64,000 nt of DNA. It comes from an uncultured Gammaproteobacteria bacterium. GTDB lineage: Bacteria; Patescibacteriota; Patescibacteriia; Patescibacteriales; UBA12465. Position 1 is the first letter of the stretch; every line of letters begins with the position of its first letter. Made by a program: the position numbers and the translations under genes. Positions 1-8,854 of this stretch are shown one piece after another. The notes beneath the pieces are model-generated. The model had not been told where the DNA came from, made no database searches, and saw only the letters and a list, made by a program, of their open reading frames with translations. Where the stretch lies: positions 451,102 through 515,101 of the forward strand of contig CAZTUJ010000001.1 in the NCBI GenBank assembly GCA_964616855.1, in the 5' to 3' direction.

Positions 1-783
1 ATCTCTTCTTGGGATCGCAAAGATATTATTAATGAGTTAATTAACGCCCTGAAAGACAAACTGATGGCTTTACCGCTAAATCAGTATCCGCAATTAATTG
101 CCCGCCTCAATGAAAGTCTTGGCCGCGGCGACCTTTTACTTTATTTTAACAACCCTGAACGCCAAGCCATTGCTCTTGACCTAGGTGGGGCCGGGGAACT
201 TAAAAATGTTTCTGGAGACTATCTCATGGTAGTAGATGCCAACTTAGCCGCCTTCAAAAGCGATGCTGTTATGAAGAAAAATATCAGCTACCATTTGTTA
301 ACAGAACAGCAAGGGCTTAAAGCCGAACTCCGACTCAACTACCAACATACTGGTGGCTTTGACTGGCGCACGACTCGCTATCGCAGCTATACAAGGGTCC
401 TGGCGCCCTTGGGCAGTGAGTTAATAGATATTAAAGGCGTTGACCGCGCCGCCAGTGATTTTGTCAGCTATGACGACAACACCTTAGGCAAACATGTTTT
501 TGGCTTCTTCTGGAGTATTGAGCCAGGGCAGAATGGAGAAATAAACTTAAGTTACAAGCTTCCTTCCAGACTTTATGAAAACTTGGATGCCAATAAGGTG
601 TACACACTTTTTGTTCAACGCCAACCAGGAAGCCGGATTGAAGCCTTATCAATTAACTTAGAGCCCGGAAAAGAGATAATTCAAGTCAGTCCTCAAAATC
701 TAGAAGGAGAAATCAAAAAAAATGGAGCTTATTGGACACTTAAGCTAGAAAAAAACCAAGCCCTTCAGCTATTGACTAAATAA
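1..783 (+). CDS. DUF4012-family membrane/exported protein, C-terminal part (5'-truncated by window edge)
   Basis: Frame is open from base 1. Motifs 'DYLMVVDANLAAFKSD', 'YRSYTRVLAPLGS', 'VQRQPG' parallel the 62070 paralog ('DYLLVAHTNIAGQKSD','WLRVYVPKGS','VQKQPG'). Confidence 0.75.
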   Translation: MSSWDRKDIINELINALKDKLMALPLNQYPQLIARLNESLGRGDLLLYFNNPERQAIALDLGGAGELKNVSGDYLMVVDANLAAFKSDAVMKKNISYHLLTEQQGLKAELRLNYQHTGGFDWRTTRYRSYTRVLAPLGSELIDIKGVDRAASDFVSYDDNTLGKHVFGFFWSIEPGQNGEINLSYKLPSRLYENLDANKVYTLFVQRQPGSRIEALSINLEPGKEIIQVSPQNLEGEIKKNGAYWTLKLEKNQALQLLTK

Positions 784-800
784 TGGAAAGATATTATAGT
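772..800 (+). promoter_or_regulatory. sigma70-type promoter for orphan gene 848
   Basis: TTGACT-17bp-TATAGT. Confidence 0.6.
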
Positions 801-847
801 AATATATCAGATTCCTAAATTTCTTTAACAATTAAAACCACCGCATA

Positions 848-1873
848 ATGAAAAAAATCCCATTTATCCTGATTTTTCTGCTGTTTTGCCTTATTCTAAA
901 AGCTCAGATTAAAACCGCTGTCTACTGGACAGCGCCAACCATGAGCGCACAAGATGCAAGCAAACTGACCAAAGACCAGCTAGTAATTGTTGACTATGAA
1001 AACATCGCCAACAATTGGCAGCACACCAAAAAGATTAAGAGCTCAAACAATAAAACTAAGCTCTTAATTTACTCCAACACCATGGAAATCTGGAGCTCCG
1101 GACAGGTGCCACATCGCCCCATGGCTAATAAATTATGGCATCAACTACCAGCGGAATACCGTTTAAAGAATAAGAACAAAAAACCGGTAGTCTTCTGGCA
1201 GGACATGGAGGTGATGAATATCACCAGAAACTGCCCGCGCATCAACGGGAAGAACTATAACGAATACTATCGGGAATGGCTCCTAAAAAATGCTCTTCCT
1301 GATTCGCTTAAACGTTACATCGATGGCTATTTCCAAGATAATGGTAATTCCACTATTTCTTGGGTTGACCCGGGTATAGACTCGGATAACAATGGCCAGG
1401 CCGATAATCCGCGCGTCTTGGATGCCGCTTGGCAGTCCGGAATGATTGATTTTCTGACAACAATCAGGGAAGCAAAAGGAGATAATTTTATCATCATCAC
1501 CAACAAAGGTGAAAAAAATCTTTTCTTCTTAAATGATGGTGTGATGTTCGAAAAATTTCCTAACGACTACCTGGGCGATAATCGCGCTGGTGGTTGGTAC
1601 AGATGTATGGAAATCGCCGAAGCCGCTGGTCCTTATACCATTTTCCAGGTAGACTGGGAGAGTCTTGAATTTGGTATTGCCAGCAGCTTATTACTTGACA
1701 ATATTTACATAGCCGTAGGCCAAAACCTCCAAATCCCGGACCAATACCGGGTGCCTACAGGCAAACCGCTTGGCAAACAGTACAAGAAAGGTGACTTGTA
1801 TTGTCGTGACTACGAGCTAGTCACCATTGAGGTTAACCCGGTAAAAAGGACTGGGCGCCTGGTGCCAAGATGA
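848..1873 (+). CDS. Secreted putative glycoside hydrolase (GHL15-like TIM barrel), paralog of the 22168 gene
   Basis: Signal peptide ending LKA|Q. Aligns by eye with the N-terminal domain of 22168..24168 (IVDYEN/ILDMEN, DGYFQDN/DGVFYDN, GVMFEKFP/GMMLENFP). Confidence 0.7.
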   Translation: MKKIPFILIFLLFCLILKAQIKTAVYWTAPTMSAQDASKLTKDQLVIVDYENIANNWQHTKKIKSSNNKTKLLIYSNTMEIWSSGQVPHRPMANKLWHQLPAEYRLKNKNKKPVVFWQDMEVMNITRNCPRINGKNYNEYYREWLLKNALPDSLKRYIDGYFQDNGNSTISWVDPGIDSDNNGQADNPRVLDAAWQSGMIDFLTTIREAKGDNFIIITNKGEKNLFFLNDGVMFEKFPNDYLGDNRAGGWYRCMEIAEAAGPYTIFQVDWESLEFGIASSLLLDNIYIAVGQNLQIPDQYRVPTGKPLGKQYKKGDLYCRDYELVTIEVNPVKRTGRLVPR

Positions 1874-1938
1874 GAGTTAAGCTCCACCTAAGAAACGGAG
1901 ACGCTCCGCTACGCTATCCGCAAGGAATTCTCTACAAG

Positions 1939-1965
1939 GACCCGCAACTCAGCGGGTCTTTTTTT
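1939..1965 (+). terminator. Intrinsic terminator
   Basis: GACCCGC-aactca-GCGGGTC followed by T7. Confidence 0.85.
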
Positions 1966-1995
1966 ATTCCCCCTTTTCCGCTATCATTATCTTAT

Positions 1996-3279
1996 ATGCT
2001 TACCTATCTTAGCCTAGCTGGCGGCCTTGCCGGTATTATTATTTTAGGGCTTAACCCAGCTCTGAGTATTTTTTTATTATCTTTTTCGGTGCCAGCCATT
2101 AATTGGGTGATAAATATCGGACCCCTAGAGGTACCGTTTTCCGATTTAATTGCGGTAAGCGTCTTTTTTGCCTGGCTTCTATCCTTAATTTTTAGTTTAA
2201 TTTTTCAGCCAAACAAAGAAGTAAAATTAAAATTTCCTTTATTTTTTGCCTTCTCTTGTTTATTAATAACTAATGCCTTTTCTCTATTTAATCACCCTCA
2301 ACCTTTAAATGGCTTTTATTACCTTACCCGTTGGCTAATTTTGCTTTACGCTGCCTATATTTTTCTTCCAGCCAACCTAATAAAAAAAGAAAAAACTTTA
2401 AAAATAGCCGTAACTGGACTAGCGCTAGCTTCTTTAATAGTAATGATTAGCGGCTGGCTTAGTCTTTGGGGGCAAGACTGGCAGAATAGTTTTTTCCGCT
2501 TAAAATCTAGCGCTTGGTGGGGAATATATCCTTTTGGTGAAAATCACAATTTAATCGCCGAATTTTTAAGCGTCGGTGCCTTTCTCTGGCTAGCCCTTAA
2601 AGAATGGTCTCAAAATGAAAAAATTAGCCGAATTTATAAGAGCCTCTTTGTCCTTAGTCTTGCCGCCGCTATTATGTCTTTCTCCCGGGCAGCCTGGATT
2701 ACTATTTTCTTGCAATTAGGCGCGCTCATAGTCTGGCGTAATCGCCAATTTCTAAAAAAACAGGGGGGCCTAGTCTTGCTAGTAATTATTGCTGGATCTC
2801 TTTTAATGCTACCCCTCTTTTGGCGCATGAAAATTCTCCAAGCTGAGAATATTAGCTCTACGGAAAACAGAGTCTTGCTTTTAGAAATAGCCTATAAAGC
2901 CTGGCAAGACAAACCAATATTAGGTCAGGGAAGCGGTCGCTTTACGGAACTAGTAGCCGATAATATTCGTTTTACCGCCAAATATGGCGCCCCTATTGAC
3001 TCCCACGGCTTCATTCAGAAAATAGCCGCCGAGGCTGGAAGCATTGGCTTAATTGCCTGGTTTTTCTTATTAGCCGTTGTTGTTAAAAAAGCTTTAGTAG
3101 GTATTAAAAAATACGGTAAAAACGCCCCTTGGCTTTTACCTCTATGGTTAGCGGCGGGCGGTGGCCTCTTCTTCCAAATTTTTAATACTTCTTACTATAA
3201 AGGCAAAGTTTGGCTGATTATTGCCCTTGCTTTAATCGCTACCGAATTAGCGCAAAAGAAATATGGCCCCAAAGATTAA
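1996..3279 (+). CDS. O-antigen ligase/Wzy-like polymerase family membrane protein
   Basis: Many TM helices, 'SFSRAAW', 'R...PILGQGSG', 'DSHG...AEAGSIG'. Start moved to ATG 1996 because the longer ORF runs across the terminator. Confidence 0.85.
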   Translation: MLTYLSLAGGLAGIIILGLNPALSIFLLSFSVPAINWVINIGPLEVPFSDLIAVSVFFAWLLSLIFSLIFQPNKEVKLKFPLFFAFSCLLITNAFSLFNHPQPLNGFYYLTRWLILLYAAYIFLPANLIKKEKTLKIAVTGLALASLIVMISGWLSLWGQDWQNSFFRLKSSAWWGIYPFGENHNLIAEFLSVGAFLWLALKEWSQNEKISRIYKSLFVLSLAAAIMSFSRAAWITIFLQLGALIVWRNRQFLKKQGGLVLLVIIAGSLLMLPLFWRMKILQAENISSTENRVLLLEIAYKAWQDKPILGQGSGRFTELVADNIRFTAKYGAPIDSHGFIQKIAAEAGSIGLIAWFFLLAVVVKKALVGIKKYGKNAPWLLPLWLAAGGGLFFQIFNTSYYKGKVWLIIALALIATELAQKKYGPKD

Positions 3280-4372
3280 AATCACCTATATTATGCCCAG
3301 CATGGCGAGCGGGGGCGCAGAGCGCTTCCTCCTCGACCTTTTACAAACAATTGACCGTGAACGCTTTGATCCTTTAGTAATTCTTTTTAAAGAGGCGGGC
3401 CGCTGGCACCAAGAGTTAGAAAAATTAAATTTACCAATCTTTATATTATCAAAGAAATCAAAGATTTCCTTAGCCAACTTCTGGCAAATATATAAATTAT
3501 TAAAAAAAGAAAGACCCGCTATTGTTCACACTCAGCTGGGTGGAGATTTGCGCGGCCGCCTGGCCGCTAAATTGGCCGGGGTTAAAATCATCGTCTCTAC
3601 CGAACAAAACATTAACCGCCAAGAATCCTGGTATCAGCGCTGGGCAAAAATAATTACCTCACTTTGGACGGAAGCAATTGTCGCGATTTCCCCAGCCGTA
3701 GCTAAGGATATGCATAGACGCTATTTCCTACCTTGGAAAAAATGCGAATTAATCATCCCCAACGGTATTCCTTTAAAAAAATTTGAATATCAAGAAAAAA
3801 GACCAGAAACTGGAATTATTACTGTAGGAGCAGTTGGTCGCTTAAACAAACAAAAAGGTTTTGACATCTTAATTGAAGCCTGGCTAAAAGTTAAAATAGA
3901 AAACACTCGTCTAATAATCGCGGGAGAGGGTGAAGAAAGAGAAGTTTTGCAAAAACAAATTGAAAAACTTGGATTAAGTCAACAAATCAGTCTGATTGGT
4001 AATGTCCAAGATATGTCCGCTTTTTACCAAAGCCTTAATCTTCTCGTCATGCCTTCACGCTGGGAAGGACTAGGCATTGCCGCTTTAGAAGCGGGTGCCT
4101 GTGGTGTCCCCGTAGTTGCTAGCGCTGTTGATGGTCTCGGCGATATTATTAACGAAAACACTGGCTGGTCTCTCATTCCTAACGATGCTAAAGAATTGGC
4201 GAGAGTTTTACAAGAAGCTCTATCTCAATTAAACAGCGAGGTCACTAGATTTAAACAAGCTAAACTACGAACACTAATAGAGGAAAAATATAGCATTAAC
4301 CAGGTAACGGTTAATTACGAAGATCTTTATTTAAAATTATGGCGCCAACATTATGAAAATATTGCAGGTTAA
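3263..4372 (+). CDS. Glycosyltransferase family 4
   Basis: GGAER, VGRL..QKG, PSRWEGLGIAALEA. Confidence 0.9.
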   Translation: MAPKIKITYIMPSMASGGAERFLLDLLQTIDRERFDPLVILFKEAGRWHQELEKLNLPIFILSKKSKISLANFWQIYKLLKKERPAIVHTQLGGDLRGRLAAKLAGVKIIVSTEQNINRQESWYQRWAKIITSLWTEAIVAISPAVAKDMHRRYFLPWKKCELIIPNGIPLKKFEYQEKRPETGIITVGAVGRLNKQKGFDILIEAWLKVKIENTRLIIAGEGEEREVLQKQIEKLGLSQQISLIGNVQDMSAFYQSLNLLVMPSRWEGLGIAALEAGACGVPVVASAVDGLGDIINENTGWSLIPNDAKELARVLQEALSQLNSEVTRFKQAKLRTLIEEKYSINQVTVNYEDLYLKLWRQHYENIAG

Positions 4373-5570
4373 CAAATATCACTACCCGCGCGGTGGTGCC
4401 GACCGCTACTATTTAGACTTAGGCAAACGCCTAGAAGCTGAGGGGCATGATGTTGCCTACTTTGCCATGCAGCATCCTAAAAATCTAGAGAGCTCCTGGT
4501 CTAAATATTTCGTCAGCCGGGTTAGCTATAATGAACAAGTCTGGCGCTACGCCTGGAAAATACCAGGAAGAACTCTATATAGTCTGGAAACAAAAAGAAA
4601 ATTTACCCGCTTGCTTAAAAATTTTTGCCCCGACGTTATTCATCTTCATAATATTTATCACCAATTATCACCCTCACTTTTAGATGTCGCTGCTGCTTTC
4701 AAAATTCCGGTAGTCATGCATTTACACGACTATAAGTTAGTCTGTCCTAATCACTCACTCTTTACTCAAGGTAAAGTTTGTCAGGAATGCTTGCGTGGTT
4801 CTTACTGGCCCTGTATTAAGCGCCGCTGTGTCAAAGATTCCAGTCTCGCCAGCCTATTAGCGGCCGGGGAAATGTATCTGCACCATAATATTTTAAAGAT
4901 TTACGAAAAGAAAGTTAATCTCTTTATTTCTCCTAGTAATTTTCTGAAAAACATCTTAGTGGCTGCTGGCTGGCCAGAAGAAAAGATTATTGTGGTTAAT
5001 AACGCCTTCCGCGCTGATTTACCCCTACCTTTAAACGATGACCGCCAAAACTACTTCCTCTACTACGGTCGCTTAAGTCAAGAAAAGGGAATTGACCTAG
5101 CTCTAAAGGCGGTTGCTGATGATAAACATTTAAGTTTAAAAATAGTCGGTAGCGGACCGGAAGACGACTTTTTGCAAACACTGGGCGGTGAAGCCGCCAG
5201 GGAAGGGCGGATTGAATTTTTGGGTTGGCAAGAAGGGCGCGCTCTTTCTACTTTAATTGCCCAAGCGCAAGCGGTAATAATTCCTTCTCGCTGGCTCGAG
5301 AACTTTCCTCTTAACGCTTTAGAGGCTTTGTCTTTAGGTACGCCGGTAATTGCTGCTAATATCGGCGGCTTGCCAGAGATAGTTAATGATAGTAACGGCA
5401 TCTTAGTGCCCGCTGAAGATATTGGGGCTTTAAAAAAAGCCATGTTAAAAATAATTAATCACGAAAAGATTTGGCAACGAGCAGAGCTACAAGCGAGTGC
5501 CCACCGCTTTAGCCCCGAAAAAAACCGCCAAGAAGTATTGCTTGTTTACCAAAAACTACTCTCTAAGTAG
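4353..5570 (+). CDS. Glycosyltransferase family 4
   Basis: MKILQVNKY..GGA, HDYKLVCP, GRLSQEKG, ENFPLNALEA. Confidence 0.9.
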   Translation: MKILQVNKYHYPRGGADRYYLDLGKRLEAEGHDVAYFAMQHPKNLESSWSKYFVSRVSYNEQVWRYAWKIPGRTLYSLETKRKFTRLLKNFCPDVIHLHNIYHQLSPSLLDVAAAFKIPVVMHLHDYKLVCPNHSLFTQGKVCQECLRGSYWPCIKRRCVKDSSLASLLAAGEMYLHHNILKIYEKKVNLFISPSNFLKNILVAAGWPEEKIIVVNNAFRADLPLPLNDDRQNYFLYYGRLSQEKGIDLALKAVADDKHLSLKIVGSGPEDDFLQTLGGEAAREGRIEFLGWQEGRALSTLIAQAQAVIIPSRWLENFPLNALEALSLGTPVIAANIGGLPEIVNDSNGILVPAEDIGALKKAMLKIINHEKIWQRAELQASAHRFSPEKNRQEVLLVYQKLLSK

Positions 5571-5575
5571 CTAAC

Positions 5576-5604
5576 AAAAAAACGCTCCTTCCGGAGCGTT
5601 TTTT
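5576..5604. terminator. Bidirectional intrinsic terminator
   Basis: A7-CGCTCC-ttcc-GGAGCG-T6 between convergent genes. Confidence 0.85.
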
Positions 5605-5623
5605 ATATAAACAATAAAATTAA

Positions 5624-6892
5624 TTATTCAATCGTAAAAGCAATGCTATAACTCATCTTCGAACTTACACCGTCAACTTTAATGTCGTAAGCATCGGCGT
5701 TAACGGTGGGAACAGTGAGAATCTGTTGAAAGCGACCGCGTTGATCTGCTTTTAGACTCTGCTTTTTGCCAGCAAAATCTAAATTTAAATTTTCGTTCGG
5801 TAAAAAACCGCCACCATTAATAGAAACTTGACTGTTGGCGGCACCGCGATTCTTATCAAGTCTTAAGAAAAGACTTTCGCTAGCCTCAACACTATTGTCT
5901 TCTTCATCTGCCAAGAAAGCTGCTACTTTTTCTAACTTATCATTTAAAATAAGAATATTAGCATTGTTGAAAACAACCACCTTATCGCCATCAAGATTAA
6001 CCGTCTCTAAACCCATAGCCCAACCGCGGGGGCCGGCTAAACCGCCAGTCCAAGCCCAGTCAGCTTCTTTCATAGTTTCTTTATTTAACTTAACCACGCC
6101 GATACCATTAGAGAAATAGGCAAAGGAAGTAAAGCCAGAAGCATCAATATCGTAGCCTTCATATTCTAAATGTTTAAAACTGGAGACTAAGTGACCCTGA
6201 AGATTGAATTTCTTAGCATAGTAATCATCAACAACCAAGATATCATTGTTAGCGTCAACAAAAATTTTGTGAGCGCTACGGTTATTCTTAAAATTTAAAG
6301 CAATCTCTTTAACCAAGCTGCGAGTCTCCCGATCATAAATCATCAACTTACCGTCTTGGACATTAAAGAAGAAGTGGTCATTGCCGCGAACATTATAGGG
6401 AACCTCTTCATTACCAAAAGCGTATTCATTAATAACCTGTAAATCATTATTCCAGATTTTTACACTTTTAGCACTAATGGTAACTAAATCACCGCCCATT
6501 TCATCCACGCGGTTATACCACTCCCAGTAAGAATTTTTAATGGAATTAACAAGATTAAGCTGATTACCAACTAATTCATATTTATAGAGACTAAAGTCAG
6601 TCACTGTATAAACGAAAAGGCGGCCGCCCTCCTCTCGGAGATGGGCATCATAAAAGCTCCCGTATTTACCAAATTTTTGGTCAAATGGCTTGACTTTAGC
6701 AACGCGCTCTAATTTAGCGCCTTCTAGCCGGAAAAACTCCAGGCTGCCGGTATTAGCAGTGGCCACGTAAAGCTTATTTTTGTAAACAAGCGCGTCACCA
6801 GAGTAATAAGATTTAGTTTTACCCTGAGAATAAGAGGCAAATACTAAAGAGATAATGCCTAATATTACAGTAAAAATAGCAATTTTTTTCAT
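5624..6892 (-). CDS. Exported hypothetical protein, probable beta-propeller plus C-terminal Ig-like domain
   Basis: Signal peptide MKKIAIF..; beta-rich repeats; C-terminal 'GGGFLPNE..ADQRGRF..VP' Ig-like pattern. Confidence 0.6.
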   Translation of the reverse strand: MKKIAIFTVILGIISLVFASYSQGKTKSYYSGDALVYKNKLYVATANTGSLEFFRLEGAKLERVAKVKPFDQKFGKYGSFYDAHLREEGGRLFVYTVTDFSLYKYELVGNQLNLVNSIKNSYWEWYNRVDEMGGDLVTISAKSVKIWNNDLQVINEYAFGNEEVPYNVRGNDHFFFNVQDGKLMIYDRETRSLVKEIALNFKNNRSAHKIFVDANNDILVVDDYYAKKFNLQGHLVSSFKHLEYEGYDIDASGFTSFAYFSNGIGVVKLNKETMKEADWAWTGGLAGPRGWAMGLETVNLDGDKVVVFNNANILILNDKLEKVAAFLADEEDNSVEASESLFLRLDKNRGAANSQVSINGGGFLPNENLNLDFAGKKQSLKADQRGRFQQILTVPTVNADAYDIKVDGVSSKMSYSIAFTIE

Positions 6893-6936
6893 AATATTTA
6901 AAAAAATCAAATAATCTTGTAAAGACAAGTCTATTG

Positions 6937-7025
6937 ATAGTATCTTAATTATTTAAAAATGTCAATAGTAAAACTTCAATTAAGCCCCGCTACCCCTTGA
7001 CAAATAAAAAGTAATATATTATAAT
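6937..7025. promoter_or_regulatory. Divergent sigma70 promoters
   Basis: +: TTGACA(6997)-17-TATAAT(7020); -: TTGACA(6965)-17-TACTAT(6942). Confidence 0.8.
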
Positions 7026-7044
7026 ATAAAATCAAACTAAAATT

Positions 7045-7848
7045 ATGGATTTAAAAGAATTTCTATTTTTAATCAAGCGCAAGAGCCAAACCATCATTTT
7101 GATGATTTTAACGGCGGTCATTTTAACGGCTGGCGCCTCACTCCTATTTCCTCTGCGCTATGAGGCTAGCTCCCGTTTGTTAATTACCCAAGAAACGGGC
7201 ATGGCGGATGCCTATACGGTTTCCCGCTCTAACGAATACTTAGGTAATCTTTTTGCCCAAGTAGCTCGCTCCGCTTCTTTCTTTGATTTAGTGGCTAGCT
7301 CTCAATATAATATTGAGGATTCATATTTTCAGGGAACTTATGCCCAGAAGATGAAAACCTGGCGCAACACCGTCCAAACTCGCACTTTGAGTGATTCTGG
7401 CATTATTGAAGTTAAAGTCTATCACACTAGCCCCTATCAAGCTCAACAGATTGCTTTAGCCGTAAATGACGTCATGGTTAATAAGAATACTAATTATCAG
7501 GGCAACGGTGATAAAGTCAAAATCAATATTATTGACCAGCCCCTAGTATCCTCTTACCCAGTTAAACCAAATATTTTACAAAATACTCTCTTAGCTGTTG
7601 TCTTCAGCGCTATCTTTGCCCTCTTCTATATCTACATCCTTCCGGAGAGACGTTATGACTGGCGCCTATTTGGTAATAAAAAGCCAAACAAACGGCATTA
7701 TAATAAAGAGGCGGCCACCAACGCCGTCTGGCAATACCTTCCTTACGAAAATCAGAATCCGACTAACGACGCCGAAGTCACCGCTCCAGAATCTGATCCA
7801 GCAGAGAATCTTGCCCCTCAAGGCAACATCAATAACATTTTAAGATAA
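7045..7848 (+). CDS. Wzz/CpsC-like polysaccharide chain-length determinant
   Basis: 'MDLKEFL', TM, 'P.YEASSRLL', C-terminal 'PVKPN' + TM. Confidence 0.8.
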   Translation: MDLKEFLFLIKRKSQTIILMILTAVILTAGASLLFPLRYEASSRLLITQETGMADAYTVSRSNEYLGNLFAQVARSASFFDLVASSQYNIEDSYFQGTYAQKMKTWRNTVQTRTLSDSGIIEVKVYHTSPYQAQQIALAVNDVMVNKNTNYQGNGDKVKINIIDQPLVSSYPVKPNILQNTLLAVVFSAIFALFYIYILPERRYDWRLFGNKKPNKRHYNKEAATNAVWQYLPYENQNPTNDAEVTAPESDPAENLAPQGNINNILR

Positions 7849-7951
7849 TTGTCCTTCTGAGAGGAGTGCAGAAATCCTAATTTCTGCACCTCGCCCAGGA
7901 TAACAGTATCCGGAAATTAACAAAGATCATTACAACTAAATAATAGAAACC

Positions 7952-8824
7952 ATGAAGAAAAAGCTCTGCTTGATGATTATCTTGTTGAGCGGGGCTATCA
8001 TAGCCTCCGCTCAGAGTCCGACCCCCATCGGACGCCACTCCAATCTTTCTGTTTTTAGTGGATATTTTGCTAAGCAGCAAAATTCCAATAACAACGGCTC
8101 CTGGATTGGCGTCTATGGCGATGTTCCGCTCTATCGCTCTTTGAGTGAAGAGTGGAATATAAGTGCCTGGGGCGTGTATACCAGATCAGAATGGACCAAT
8201 AATATGGCTCCATACACTTCGAAAACCCAGGATTTTTCCTTGGGGCTAAGTACTGGCAAGTATAAAGAATTTTTTTCTTACACTCATTCATTCTATGGCG
8301 GTCTCGCCCTAGGATATAAACATTCCCGCGAAATCGGGAGAGTTGAGAAGAAAAAATATTCTTCAGAAAGCATCCAAAAAGACCACCTCTTGGTCGGCAA
8401 TATCAATCTTAACTTGATGAAATACTCAGGCTATCATCCATATTTCCTTCCAAGAACCCAGCTGGTTCTGTCGGGCCAATATGCCTTAGACGCTCAGAAA
8501 ACTCTAAGCGAAAACGGCAAACCAGCCCTACCTAACAAAGCTTGGGATAAATCCTTTTTGGAGCTTACCCTAAAGCAAAGCCTCTGGGACATCCCCTTGG
8601 GCAGGAATCAGAATGTCTTTCTCCAACCTAAAATTGGTGGCCAATTCAGCCGCTATTTCGATGGCGAAGAAAGAAATTCGTATGGACCCCTCATCGAGAT
8701 GAGCCTACACAAGGCCAGCAATGATGACTTTCTCTCCCTTACTTTGATGCATAAGCATCAGGGGAGGGAAAATGATTACCTTTTTATAATGCTCACCCTG
8801 AACTTACTGAAAATTTTCCAATAA
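7952..8824 (+). CDS. Orphan secreted protein, probable outer-membrane beta-barrel
   Basis: Signal peptide ending ASA|Q; about a dozen amphipathic beta-strand-like segments. Confidence 0.6.
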   Translation: MKKKLCLMIILLSGAIIASAQSPTPIGRHSNLSVFSGYFAKQQNSNNNGSWIGVYGDVPLYRSLSEEWNISAWGVYTRSEWTNNMAPYTSKTQDFSLGLSTGKYKEFFSYTHSFYGGLALGYKHSREIGRVEKKKYSSESIQKDHLLVGNINLNLMKYSGYHPYFLPRTQLVLSGQYALDAQKTLSENGKPALPNKAWDKSFLELTLKQSLWDIPLGRNQNVFLQPKIGGQFSRYFDGEERNSYGPLIEMSLHKASNDDFLSLTLMHKHQGRENDYLFIMLTLNLLKIFQ

Positions 8825-8854
8825 ATTCAAAACTCACCGTAAAAATTAGACAAA

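Noticed and set aside
1866-1896. Hammerhead-like GATGA-stem-GAAA
   Set aside because: No CUGA core, and seven extra bases separate the stem from GAAA.
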